Shown: positions 1 to 10,018 of the stretch, one piece after another
Position numbering within the stretch: the stretch's first letter is position 1
How the letters are laid out: the number at the start of each line of letters is the position of its first letter
Assembly: GCA_048887225.1 (NCBI GenBank)
Contig: JBHLJY010000003.1
Span: 32,001 to 96,000, forward strand
From: Candidatus Hodarchaeota archaeon
Lineage (GTDB): Archaea > Asgardarchaeota > Lokiarchaeia > Sigyniarchaeales > SOKP01
Reading direction: 5' to 3'
Length of the DNA stretch: 64,000 nt
Position numbers and translations under genes: made by a program
Notes under the pieces: generated by a model
Told to the model about the DNA's origin: nothing
The model's input: the letters and a program-made list of their open reading frames with translations, nothing else
Database searches by the model: none

Positions 1-817
1 ATACCCAATGCCAGATGGCTCTGTTAAACAAATTCCCAATAATATTTTGCATCAAGCTCCTGAAATTATGTTTCAACCGGGAATGCTCGGGTATAATATG
101 ATGAACATTCCACAAGCGATAATTTACTGTTTACAAATGATGGATAGCGCTTATTGGTATGACTTGTTATCTCATATTGTGCTTTCAGGCGGGAATCTTA
201 TGTATAGCGGATTTGAAGAACGATTAAAACAAGAAGTAATAACAATTTTACCCCAATTAGGGAATATTCCTAGACCTCAAAGGCAACCAACTCTTAGTGA
301 AAGCTACGACACCAGACTCGAAGCAATCGAAACAACCCAAAAAATACAAGATACATGTTCTAAATGTGGAGCATTAGTAGACTTATCTGATGGAAAAGAA
401 TCATGTCCATTATGTGGGGCGAGTATGAAATTGCCCCAGCTATCCATAGATTTAGGTGGATCAGGTGATATGATATCCTCCTCTAAAAGAATTTGTCCTT
501 TTTGTAATAAGGGGATTAAAGATGATTCTTCAATATTTTGTCCTTATTGTGGGAAAAATATCCAAATGGCAGATATATCAACGACTTCGGAAAAAATTAT
601 GGAGGAAGCGATGACTGCTACAGAATTTAAGGCTGAATTTAACGCATCCGATGAAATTATTAAATTTTTAATTCCAGAAAATCTCCAATATGCTGTTTTT
701 TATGGAGCATCTATCCTTGGAAGCCTTCCTAGTTTCCAGAATCTTTTCATTACTCACGAAGAATTCCAAGCTAACACAAATGTATTATATAGAGATATTT
801 CAGATGTCTTTAGATAA
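1..817 (+). CDS. Actin-related protein, C-terminal part (5' end outside the window), with an inserted double zinc-ribbon
   Basis: YPMPDG, APEIMFQP, IVLSGGNLMYSGFEERLKQE and PENLQYAVFYGASILGSLPSFQNLFITHEEF match actin motifs ([63 protein letters not shown]). Four CxxC motifs are inserted. The frame is open to the window edge. Confidence 0.9.
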   Translation, partial: YPMPDGSVKQIPNNILHQAPEIMFQPGMLGYNMMNIPQAIIYCLQMMDSAYWYDLLSHIVLSGGNLMYSGFEERLKQEVITILPQLGNIPRPQRQPTLSESYDTRLEAIETTQKIQDTCSKCGALVDLSDGKESCPLCGASMKLPQLSIDLGGSGDMISSSKRICPFCNKGIKDDSSIFCPYCGKNIQMADISTTSEKIMEEAMTATEFKAEFNASDEIIKFLIPENLQYAVFYGASILGSLPSFQNLFITHEEFQANTNVLYRDISDVFR

Positions 818-919
818 TGAAGCAAATGGTTCTAAAATCATTAAATTTCGTTAATTTTTAATTTCAAGCTAAATTTAAAAATTTAAATTTAGTAAATCAA
901 ACTAAGGTTAATAAATCAA

Positions 920-2068
920 TTGAAAACTTCAAAATTTCGAATCCTAACAGTTTTCATATTATTCCTTGTTATATCTTTAAGTTTATCTCCTTTTGTTCTT
1001 GCTCGCACACGAAAAACCTATTTAACTGATTTCCTTTTAGAAACTTATATTGATGATGAGGGATTTTCGAATTGTGATCGCGAAGAATATCGCGAAGATG
1101 GCGATGATGTGTCTTATGAAGCAACAGCTTATGCTCTAGAAATTCTTGGAGAATACAATTTATTAGAAAAGAAAGATCTGTTTGGAAAAGTTGAGGAATC
1201 TTACAATTCTTCAGATCTTCAAGAATATTTAGAAGAAAAACTCAATTCTATATATACTTCTGGTAATATAGATATATATAATACGTTTTATATTTTAAAA
1301 TCATTAGAAGAAATGGATTACGAGATAGCTGGAGCTTTGGCACTGCAAATCAAATCATATATTGATAGTACAGCACAGGCTGATGGTGGTTTTTCTGGTT
1401 CAAGTACATCTTCTTCATCTAATCTAATCTCAACTTATTTTGCTTTACAAATTTTAGATCTATTAGATCTACCAATACCAAATTCAAAAGCATTTATTAG
1501 CTCATGTAGTAATCCAGATGGGGGATATGGTGGTGATAGTACTTCTTCCTCAACTATTACTAATACTTACTACGCAATTTTAATCATGGATTTTTATGAT
1601 GATTTTGGTTCATTAGCATCTGAAGATTTGACAATTAAATATCTTAATTCATTTTTTGTAGATGATGAAAATGACGAAGATAATTACGGGGGATACTTAC
1701 CTGATCACAATGCTGAATATGCATTGCTTAGCAGTACATATATTTGTATAAAAGCAATCTCATTAATCGATGAGGATGAGTTTGGGGATAAAGATGATAC
1801 AGCACAATGGGTTATGAACCACCAAAATTTTCAAGACGGAGGTTTTGTCGATGAGAGTGATGGATACGATCAAAAATTTTCTTCAGTAATTAATACATTT
1901 TTTGCTTATGAGACATTGAAATTGCTTGGAAGAGAAGAATTATTAGAAGAAAAAGTATTCATGTTGGAATTTGAGTGGTATGATTGGATAATCTTTGTCA
2001 TTATATTGATCATCCTTGTAGCACTTGCCTTAGTAGGTATTAATATTTGGCGAAAAAGAAGATTATAA
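920..2068 (+). CDS. Secreted, membrane-anchored prenyltransferase/squalene-oxidase-repeat (alpha/alpha barrel) protein
   Basis: N-terminal signal peptide, repeated Q/N-x-DGG(F/Y)...T(Y/F)(F/Y)A motifs, C-terminal TM helix with basic tail (WRKRRL). TTG start. Confidence 0.8.
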   Translation: MKTSKFRILTVFILFLVISLSLSPFVLARTRKTYLTDFLLETYIDDEGFSNCDREEYREDGDDVSYEATAYALEILGEYNLLEKKDLFGKVEESYNSSDLQEYLEEKLNSIYTSGNIDIYNTFYILKSLEEMDYEIAGALALQIKSYIDSTAQADGGFSGSSTSSSSNLISTYFALQILDLLDLPIPNSKAFISSCSNPDGGYGGDSTSSSTITNTYYAILIMDFYDDFGSLASEDLTIKYLNSFFVDDENDEDNYGGYLPDHNAEYALLSSTYICIKAISLIDEDEFGDKDDTAQWVMNHQNFQDGGFVDESDGYDQKFSSVINTFFAYETLKLLGREELLEEKVFMLEFEWYDWIIFVIILIILVALALVGINIWRKRRL

Positions 2069-2154
2069 AACATTTTCTTTCCTTTTTATATTTATTCAAA
2101 ATATTAAATCTTTTTTATAGAAAGCTCTCAAATTTAATTAGTGAATTATTAATA

Positions 2155-3015
2155 ATGGAAAAGATACTTGAAGGAAAGAAATTAGCAGATAAATTAAATT
2201 TTAAATTAAAAGCTAAGATTGATGATATTGTAAAAAAAATAGGAACCCGACCGAAATTAGCTACTATTTTATTAGGAAAAGACCCTGCATCAAAAGTATA
2301 TGTGAATATTAAACATAAAACATGTACTAAAGTTGGTATTGAATCACATCTGGTTGAACTCAGTGAGGATACAAACAAGACAGAGTTATTAAACGAAATA
2401 GAAATACTAAATAATGATAATACTATCCATGGCATATTATTACAATTGCCTCTTCCAATGAAGCTTCGAGACTTTATACCTCATTTTCATGAAAAAATAT
2501 CTCCAATTAAAGATGTAGATGGATTTCATCCAATAAATAGAGGTAAACTCTTTGATTACAACGAGGAATTTGCGCCATGTACACCTAAGGGCATTATTGC
2601 TCTGTTAGAGAATTACAATATTGAGATAAAAGGAAAAGATGTCACTATAATAAATAGATCTAATCTAGTAGGAAAACCGTTAATATTTATGTTTTTAAAG
2701 AGAAACGCGACACCGTCTATCTGCCATACATCAACAAGGGATATTGGTCGTTATATAAAACAAGCAGATATATTGATTGTGGCCGTGGGTCGTCCAAATT
2801 TCATAACTGAAGAAAAAATTAAAAATGATGTTATCATTGTCGATGTAGGGATTAATAGAGTTGAAGGCAAATTAGTCGGGGATGTTGATTTTAAAGGCGT
2901 TTTTGAAAAGTGTGGAGCAATAACACCCGTACCAGGGGGTGTAGGACCTTTAACTGTAAGTTTTTTGCTTCGTAATACTTTCAGTGCGTTTAAAAAACAA
3001 TTAGATATAAATTAA
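2155..3015 (+). CDS. folD: Bifunctional methylene-THF dehydrogenase/cyclohydrolase
   Basis: ILEGKKLA, GILLQLPLP, KDVDGFHP, PCTPKGI, NRSNLVGKP, ITPVPGGVGPLT. Start moved from 2047 to the ATG at 2155, which removes the overlap and gives a typical N-terminus. Confidence 0.95.
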   Translation: MEKILEGKKLADKLNFKLKAKIDDIVKKIGTRPKLATILLGKDPASKVYVNIKHKTCTKVGIESHLVELSEDTNKTELLNEIEILNNDNTIHGILLQLPLPMKLRDFIPHFHEKISPIKDVDGFHPINRGKLFDYNEEFAPCTPKGIIALLENYNIEIKGKDVTIINRSNLVGKPLIFMFLKRNATPSICHTSTRDIGRYIKQADILIVAVGRPNFITEEKIKNDVIIVDVGINRVEGKLVGDVDFKGVFEKCGAITPVPGGVGPLTVSFLLRNTFSAFKKQLDIN

Positions 3016-3117
3016 ATAAAATTAAAGAGAAAAAAAATCAATATATTACTTTCAGAATTATAAAATAAATAAATAAGATTATAAAATACTGAAAAGAATA
3101 ATTCTAACATTCATATT

Positions 3118-3570
3118 ATGGCAGTTTTAGAAGTTGGCATCAATATCGGAAACCGTAATATTCTTGAGATTCTCTATTACACATCATCAGACGTTTTAGA
3201 TCCAAATTTACGTGCTGGTTTTCTTTCCGCTTTGGAAAGTTTTACAACTGAGGTTTTTGGAGATGACATAAATGTAGTTTCATTAGCTTCTTTTAAGCTA
3301 GTTTGTTATTGTGAGATGATAGCGCTATCAGGGGAAGATAAAGACAATACCCAACCATTATTAGCATATGCCATAATAGAAAAAGAAACAGACTCAGAAA
3401 TTGTCAAACGACTTTTAAAAGAAATTATTCAAAATTTTTTAAATCAATATTCTGTTATAAATATTTTCGAAAAGAAAGGAAAATATTTTAGGAAGTTTGA
3501 AAGCAGTATCAATGATATACTTGGAGACCTTAGAATGAAAACGGAAGATCGATTCAAATCAATATTCTAA
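3118..3570 (+). CDS. Longin-like domain protein (Asgard type)
   Basis: 150 aa with a beta-beta-alpha(LRAGFLSALESFTTEVFG)-beta-beta-beta-alpha-alpha pattern typical of longin folds. Confidence 0.65.
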   Translation: MAVLEVGINIGNRNILEILYYTSSDVLDPNLRAGFLSALESFTTEVFGDDINVVSLASFKLVCYCEMIALSGEDKDNTQPLLAYAIIEKETDSEIVKRLLKEIIQNFLNQYSVINIFEKKGKYFRKFESSINDILGDLRMKTEDRFKSIF

Positions 3571-3606
3571 CTTCCTACTTCTTAGAATCTAAGTTAATGT
3601 GATTAT

Positions 3607-4803
3607 ATGAGCTCAAATATTGGTCCTGAAGCGAAAGCTGCTTATCAGAAATATTTAGATGCGAGTTCTCTTGAAGAGAAAATAAACAAATTAGAAGAAT
3701 TTATTTCTTTAGTTCCTAAACATAAATCTACAGAAAAAATAGTAGCTCTTAATCGATCTCGTCTCGCGAAATTAAAACGTGAACTTGAAGAACGAAAACA
3801 TAGATTAAAAAGCGTAAAAAAAGTTATAAGTCCGTTCTCAATAAAAAAAGAGGGAATTCAAGTAATTCTCGTTAGTGATTACCATATCCCTGGAGTTGGG
3901 AAAACAATGCTATTGAATTACTTAACTGGCGCTGCCAAAGATAGAATTGGCAAATTTACAGCTCTTCCTGAAATAGGTATATACGAATATAAAGGAATTA
4001 GGTTTCAAATTGTAGATATGCCGTCATTAATGGAAGGGGCATCGAAAGGAATAGGAAATGGTAAAGAGATTCTCTCACAATTAAGATCTTCAGATTTAAT
4101 ATGTTTGTGCATTGATTTATCAAGAGATATTTATACTCAAATGAATTTATTATTAACAGAATTATCTAACGCGGATGTGAAAATTAATGTCCCTCCTCCT
4201 CCTATTATTGTTGAAAAAACAGGCTCTAATAAAATTCAAATATATTACATAACAAAAGAAGCCCATAAGAACAAAAATATAGAAGAATTAAATGAAAAAA
4301 TAAAGGAAATAGTCCAGGAAGCTGGAATTCGAAACGCTATTGTAAAAATTTATGGCAAAATTACTATTGACAAAGTTGTAGATGCTTTAACACCTTCTGT
4401 AGTATATAAAAATGCAATAATATTAGGGACTAAAGGAGATCTCCCACAAACGGAGGTTGCTTTTCACAAATTAAAAAGTGGATTTTCTGATAAATTTCCA
4501 CTAATTATAGGTACAAGTGTACAAAAAAAGAATTTTCCTGAAAATTTTGGCGAAATTATTTTAGAATTTTTAAAAAAAATAAAAATTTTTACAATGGATA
4601 AACATGGAACTCTCGCTGAAAAACCATTGATAATGGATGAGAGTGCCACTGTAAGAGATGTAGCATTGAGAATTCATAGAAGCTTCTTTGAATTATTTGA
4701 TTATGCTATTGTTGTTAGAGAAAGCGCACGTCAAAAACGGAAAAAAGTTGGTTTAAAATATATATTGAAAAATAATGATATAATTGAGATTCATACAATT
4801 TAA
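3607..4803 (+). CDS. DRG/OBG-family GTPase with C-terminal TGS domain (divergent G motifs)
   Basis: PKHKSTEK...RLAKLK helical N-terminus, PGVGKT (G1), FT (G2), DMPS (G3), TKGD (G4), TGS-like TVRDVALRIH...VGLKYILKNNDIIEI. Confidence 0.9.
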   Translation: MSSNIGPEAKAAYQKYLDASSLEEKINKLEEFISLVPKHKSTEKIVALNRSRLAKLKRELEERKHRLKSVKKVISPFSIKKEGIQVILVSDYHIPGVGKTMLLNYLTGAAKDRIGKFTALPEIGIYEYKGIRFQIVDMPSLMEGASKGIGNGKEILSQLRSSDLICLCIDLSRDIYTQMNLLLTELSNADVKINVPPPPIIVEKTGSNKIQIYYITKEAHKNKNIEELNEKIKEIVQEAGIRNAIVKIYGKITIDKVVDALTPSVVYKNAIILGTKGDLPQTEVAFHKLKSGFSDKFPLIIGTSVQKKNFPENFGEIILEFLKKIKIFTMDKHGTLAEKPLIMDESATVRDVALRIHRSFFELFDYAIVVRESARQKRKKVGLKYILKNNDIIEIHTI

Positions 4804-4867
4804 AAAGATAAAGAGAACTCCTTTAATTTAATAATTTAAAGATTACAATAACATTATTTAAATCAAT

Positions 4868-5821
4868 TTAATTAAGGTAAGAATCAATATCATCATTCAT
4901 TTGTAATATTTTCGTAATTGCGGCGGAAAGCTCGTGAACTGAAACCTCTTCTTTATTTATTAGCAATTTCGCTAAGTTTTGGTAATCCTTCCACTTAATA
5001 TCAGAGGTTACATTCTTGAGTTTATTACTAAAACTATATAAATTTAAATAAACATCCCTATAACTTCCTTCAGTAACGGATTTACTACCTAATAATTTTA
5101 TAGCTTGAGCTAAAGTGAGCTTGATTCTTTCTAAATAATATTTTAATTTTATTTTAGTGTCTTTTAGATTATCTTTTAATAATTTAACGTCTTCTTGGTA
5201 TTTGAAAAAACCTTGCTCATCTTTTAATCTTTCTGAAATTTCAAGTAATTTCTTACTGATCCCTAATTTTCTCTGGATATTGGTTATTTTTTCCAATTTC
5301 GAGAGTAATAAGTCTTTTTCCTGAATTAAATTTTCTTTTTCTTGAAGAGATAAGTCTTTTTTATGAGCCCAAATTGATTTCAAAACAAGATCAGGCTTTT
5401 CGATTAATGATTTATCCCCAATTAATTTCTTTTGAGATTGTATCAATTCTGAGATAGGCGTGTTCAAAATGTCAAAATCAGCCTTTATTCCCTCCCAATT
5501 AAGAAAAATCTCTTTATAATCAATGAGAATTTTAATAAATTTTGGAATTAATTTGTTAACAAGTTTATAATCTTCATTATCGGCAATAATTACAAGATCA
5601 GTCTTAATTTCGTTTATTGCGGTAAAAAAAACAGAATAATTGCCTAATTCGACATTCTTTAATTCTTGGGAACCTTCAAGAACCACTTCAGACACAAATG
5701 ACTTTAAAGTACTAAAAAATGAGCTAAAAAGATCTAATTTTCCATCACTGATGTCTTGGAAGCTTTTGTCATATAATAATAAACCAGATTCTTGCTGATA
5801 TAGAAATATGGTATATAACAT
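4868..5821 (-). CDS. Longin-like N-terminal domain plus helical C-terminal region
   Basis: IFLYQQESGLLLYDKSF...LFSSFFSTLKSFVSEV is a longin-type N-terminus, followed by a charged helical region. Confidence 0.65.
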   Translation of the reverse strand: MLYTIFLYQQESGLLLYDKSFQDISDGKLDLFSSFFSTLKSFVSEVVLEGSQELKNVELGNYSVFFTAINEIKTDLVIIADNEDYKLVNKLIPKFIKILIDYKEIFLNWEGIKADFDILNTPISELIQSQKKLIGDKSLIEKPDLVLKSIWAHKKDLSLQEKENLIQEKDLLLSKLEKITNIQRKLGISKKLLEISERLKDEQGFFKYQEDVKLLKDNLKDTKIKLKYYLERIKLTLAQAIKLLGSKSVTEGSYRDVYLNLYSFSNKLKNVTSDIKWKDYQNLAKLLINKEEVSVHELSAAITKILQMNDDIDSYLN

Positions 5822-5931
5822 TGTTTATTTTTTTATAAATAAGTTCTTAATATAGGTAAAAACCCAAAATTGAATTATATTTCCTATTATCTAATTAATT
5901 CTTTTTTCTATTTTAATGTGACTTCATAAGT

Positions 5932-8601
5932 TTAATCTTTAATTTTTTGAATCACTTTTGGGATTTCGGAGATTTGTTCTTTATATTTTTGTTCTAAATT
6001 AGAAATTCCTTCTGAAATGTTCTTAATGCTTTCCAAAGAATATATTAAATTTTCCAAGTAATCTATGATATCTCCTTTAAAAATCAATATTTTATAATAT
6101 TCTTTAAAATATTGACTTATTTGCTCAATAGATAATCCTTTATCTACTCTTAAATCAAATAATAATTTTTCAAGATTCAATCTTCCACAATTACAATAAG
6201 GATTATCTTTACAATTACAATTAAAAATATCATTAATCCATTTAGTGATAAAATCAATAAATTCTTGTGAAAACTTTTTTCTCTTTTTGATATTTTCTGC
6301 GTTCATTAACGATAATATACTGGCACTAAATAAATTATTGCTAAGATACTTCAAATTAACATTTTTAGCCAAATCCGTAACAATAGTTTTAGTTAAATAT
6401 ACATTTTTAAGTGGTTTCAACTCTAAAGCAAGGTCTATTATAGTATTTACAGTTTTTTGCCTTATTTTATCCATTATTTCTAAACTTTGTTCAATTGTCA
6501 GAAATGATTTAGAAATCGCCCGACCTAGGCGCCTAACTTTATGACGTAAATTTTCTTTTATTCGAATTAAATTGCTTGAATTTAATTTTTTTAAGAAACG
6601 ATCAATATCATATTCTTGATTAATTAATGAATTTCCAAATTCAAATATAGCTTCCATATCAATTCCTTGATTAAACATAGAAATAAATGCAAGTAATTCA
6701 GTTAACGATTTATCCTCATTTGGTTCTAATTCATAATCTTTAATCTTTCCATTTAATAGGTTAATAGCAATATTATCCTCGGTAATTTTCATTTTGGGAG
6801 AATATATTTTCCCTGGTTCTACTAGTAAGTAGGCAAATCCTTTTTCATGTTTTTTTAAACGGCCAGCTCTTCCGAGCATTTGTTCAAATTCAGCGACGGT
6901 CAACCAATTTATTCCCATTGCTAACGATTCAAAAATTACTTGGCTTGCCGGGAGATCAACACCCGCAGCTAGTGCTGCTGTGGCAACTACACCTGCTATG
7001 TTTTGATTTTGAAAATCTAATTCAATTAATTTACGTTCTTCATTTGTTAAACCTGAATGATATGCTCTTACGGATATATCTTTATTTAAGAGATAAGTTG
7101 TTAATAATTCACATTTCTTTCTCGTGTTAGTAAAAACAATTGATTGACCTTTATATCCAAATTTGGACTTTTTACGAAAAGCAGCTCTTACTAAACTTGA
7201 GATATGTTTATGTTTTATTTGTTCATTCAAACATAATAATAAATGTCGTTCAATAGGAACAGGTCTATTATTATATTGGATTAAAATACAATTTAATTTG
7301 TTTGCTAAAGTGGCAGGCTCTCCTAGAGTAGCACTTAGAAACAAAAATTGAGCATTCTTATAAATCGATTTTAACCTAGCGATAAAACCATCTAATAAAT
7401 ATCCTCTGTCAGGATCGATTAATGTCTGAATCTCATCAATAATAATTGTACTGATAATTCCTAGTTTCTCCTTATTCCCACTTCTTAGGATATAATCAAT
7501 GGCTTCATATGTTGCAACAATAATATTAGAATCAATTAATTCATCTAAATTATCTTCTATTTCTCTATCAAGGAGAGATTCTCCCACTCTCTTTGTAATT
7601 TTTAAGTTTAATGACTTATATTTTTGTTTAAATTCTTCTGTTCGTATGTTGGCCAAAGCAACTATTGGAACGAGGTATAACATCTTTAATGTTTTATTAT
7701 TAAGTATTTTTGAAATTCCTGCTAATTCTCCAATTAGGGTTTTACCTCCTGAAGTAGGTGCCATGATTAATTGATTTTTATTTTCTGTAAGAAGGCCTTT
7801 CTTAATTGAAATTGCTTGAATGGGTAATAATGTCGAGATATTTTGATTTTTTAAGATTTCTTTAAAAGAGATAGGGATATCGATACCCTTAACTTTGTAA
7901 TTAAGATATTTCTTACTCAATAATGGATTTTCTTCAATATCATAAAGTGTCATTTCTTTGTTAAACACGGGATTAAAGTCCGGTTTGAATGCACTCAATG
8001 CTTTTTCAATATTTTTAAATTTCAAAATCATATGATTGAACAAATTCTTTAATTTAGGACTATCACGATCCTCTGATATTAAGCCTGAGAGTCTACACTC
8101 CCTTATCACGATATCTAATGCACAATCAGAACAAATAATCTGATTTTTAAAGGATTTAATTTGAATGCTTTTATCTAATATTGTAAATTTCTGTTCATCC
8201 ATGCATGATTTACAAAATGTTAATTTAATTATTTTATTTTTATCATATTGAAGATCTCTAAGCATTTCCATTATAGATGCTAATTCCTCAGGATTCGCTT
8301 GACTCGAAAACGCAATAAATTTATTTTCTTTAGCAAATAAAAATTTTTTAAAAAGACGAGGATTAACTGGAATAAAACTGTCTTGTTGAATTTTATTAAA
8401 TTTGAATGGACGCATTTTATTTTTCATATCTAAACCAAAAAAAATACTTCCTTGAAAGAATGGTTTATTAATAAATGAAAAACTCATGCTTTTCGGTCTA
8501 AAAGATTTCAGATAAAAAAAATTAATAGTGAAAACTAAATCTTTCTTATAATTACGATTTTTATCAATAACAATAAAATAATTCTTTGAAGAAATACTCA
8601 A
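5932..8601 (-). CDS. Archaeal SF2 DEAD/DEAH-box helicase with C-terminal Cys cluster (DUF5814 type)
   Basis: APTSGGKT, DEIQ, SAT, YHSGL, TAALAAGVDLP, QMLGRAGR and C-terminal CNCKDNPYCNCG. Confidence 0.9.
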   Translation of the reverse strand: MSISSKNYFIVIDKNRNYKKDLVFTINFFYLKSFRPKSMSFSFINKPFFQGSIFFGLDMKNKMRPFKFNKIQQDSFIPVNPRLFKKFLFAKENKFIAFSSQANPEELASIMEMLRDLQYDKNKIIKLTFCKSCMDEQKFTILDKSIQIKSFKNQIICSDCALDIVIRECRLSGLISEDRDSPKLKNLFNHMILKFKNIEKALSAFKPDFNPVFNKEMTLYDIEENPLLSKKYLNYKVKGIDIPISFKEILKNQNISTLLPIQAISIKKGLLTENKNQLIMAPTSGGKTLIGELAGISKILNNKTLKMLYLVPIVALANIRTEEFKQKYKSLNLKITKRVGESLLDREIEDNLDELIDSNIIVATYEAIDYILRSGNKEKLGIISTIIIDEIQTLIDPDRGYLLDGFIARLKSIYKNAQFLFLSATLGEPATLANKLNCILIQYNNRPVPIERHLLLCLNEQIKHKHISSLVRAAFRKKSKFGYKGQSIVFTNTRKKCELLTTYLLNKDISVRAYHSGLTNEERKLIELDFQNQNIAGVVATAALAAGVDLPASQVIFESLAMGINWLTVAEFEQMLGRAGRLKKHEKGFAYLLVEPGKIYSPKMKITEDNIAINLLNGKIKDYELEPNEDKSLTELLAFISMFNQGIDMEAIFEFGNSLINQEYDIDRFLKKLNSSNLIRIKENLRHKVRRLGRAISKSFLTIEQSLEIMDKIRQKTVNTIIDLALELKPLKNVYLTKTIVTDLAKNVNLKYLSNNLFSASILSLMNAENIKKRKKFSQEFIDFITKWINDIFNCNCKDNPYCNCGRLNLEKLLFDLRVDKGLSIEQISQYFKEYYKILIFKGDIIDYLENLIYSLESIKNISEGISNLEQKYKEQISEIPKVIQKIKD

Positions 8602-8663
8602 AAGAAAACACGATTAAAGTTTAAAACTTAACTAAATAAGAAAAATACGTCACAGTATAAAAA

Positions 8664-8825
8664 TTAAAAGCCAAATACTTGTTTTATTTTATCGTAAACT
8701 TCTTTAATTTGGCGAAGTTTAGCCTCATCGCCCGAGTTTAAAAAATGTTCAATCCATTGTGCCAAACCACCTTGTTTTATCCAATCCATAAAATATTGAA
8801 CTGCTTGTTTATCAGCTTCTGACAT
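8664..8825 (-). CDS. Unannotated 53-aa helical protein MSEADKQAVQYFMDWIKQGGLAQWIEHFLNSGDEAKLRQIKEVYDKIKQVFGF
   Basis: Hand-translated, ATG at 8825 to TAA at 8664. Higher GC than the flanks, MSE- start, amphipathic pattern, upstream of and co-oriented with the helicase. Confidence 0.7.
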   Translation of the reverse strand: MSEADKQAVQYFMDWIKQGGLAQWIEHFLNSGDEAKLRQIKEVYDKIKQVFGF

Positions 8826-8949
8826 TTTAAACTTGATATATTTTATATTATTAATTTAAAGTTCTTATATAAAAAATATATAATATAACATGTTTATAAT
8901 TTTTTATCAAAAAAAAATGAATCTTTTTAGAAAAAGGAGATAATGAACT

Positions 8950-9909
8950 ATGCCTGATGTAAGAATTAAGACTCCAAACCTCGATGAAATATTCGAGAGA
9001 TGGAAAAATAAAGCAGGAAGGACACAACGTAAGCAAATGGAAAAACAATTCGGAACTAAAGGCTCTATGTTTACATTAGATGCAATATCGGCTGCTGAAT
9101 ATGTAACCCCACCCGCCCTAAAAGGAGCCGCTATTTATTTTTCAATAAAGAAAACTGTTGCGGCTTCGACTGAGAAAGAAGAAATTCTAGTCCAAGCGCC
9201 TAGACTAGGTCGTGAAACTTTTTATTCTTTCAAAGGATCCAAGGATGTTGATAAAGAAAGTTGGAAAGGCACCGAAGAAGTTCCAATATTTGAGTCAATA
9301 CAAGCAGTCCCCTGTAAAACCTGCCGAGGCAAAGGATATATTGAAGATAATTGTAAGAGTTGTAAAGGAACAGGAAAAGTTGTAGAAAATTGGACAATTC
9401 TCGTAGGAGAAGAACAGAAAAAAGAAAAAAAAACATTTGATTATCCATGTGGAAATTGTTGGGGTACGGGGAAATTACCTTATACTTGTAAAGAATGTGG
9501 AGGCTATAAAAATCTCTATAAGTACGAAATCCTTCCAGTCCCTTTCAAATCAGTTGTAACGGGCGTTCCTATACTTCATAGTAGTTTACAAACTAGATAT
9601 GAAAAAGAAATGGGAAAGGATTTACAGGAACTCATTGAAAAAGTAGAAGGTATAAAATTTAACAATTTTAAAGATCTTGATAATAAAGCTCAAGGTTCTT
9701 TGGGTTATTGGGATAAAAACGTTAAGAAAACAATCAATGCTGCGGGAAGTGATTACAAAAAATATGAAAAAGATAAAGATGCAAAAATTCAATCCCAAAT
9801 ATATCTATTTCCAATGATTCAACTAAATTGTAAAACTAAAAAAGGTAAGAAATTCGAAATCTATTCTTTAGGTTCAGCAGAAAACTTTATGATTTATTCT
9901 AATTTCTAA
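8950..9909 (+). CDS. DnaJ-type zinc-finger (CxxCxGxG x4) protein without a J domain, SSUH2-like
   Basis: CKTCRGKG, CKSCKGTG, CGNCWGTG, CKECGG; no HPD motif; C-terminal QIYLFP...GKKFEIYSLG segment. Confidence 0.75.
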   Translation: MPDVRIKTPNLDEIFERWKNKAGRTQRKQMEKQFGTKGSMFTLDAISAAEYVTPPALKGAAIYFSIKKTVAASTEKEEILVQAPRLGRETFYSFKGSKDVDKESWKGTEEVPIFESIQAVPCKTCRGKGYIEDNCKSCKGTGKVVENWTILVGEEQKKEKKTFDYPCGNCWGTGKLPYTCKECGGYKNLYKYEILPVPFKSVVTGVPILHSSLQTRYEKEMGKDLQELIEKVEGIKFNNFKDLDNKAQGSLGYWDKNVKKTINAAGSDYKKYEKDKDAKIQSQIYLFPMIQLNCKTKKGKKFEIYSLGSAENFMIYSNF

Positions 9910-10018
9910 TTTTGGATTTCTATTTTTTTTTATTTTTTATTTATAATTTTTAAGCCTTATGTAAATTAAACTATTAATTAAATTTTAGCTCTTATGATCC
10001 TTTTTTATTCGATATAAA

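Noticed and set aside
869-892. Perfect 11-bp inverted repeat CTAAATTTAAA-AA-TTTAAATTTAG
   Set aside because: Almost all A/T in an AT-rich intergenic region and no second copy was seen; it cannot be distinguished from chance or promoter sequence.
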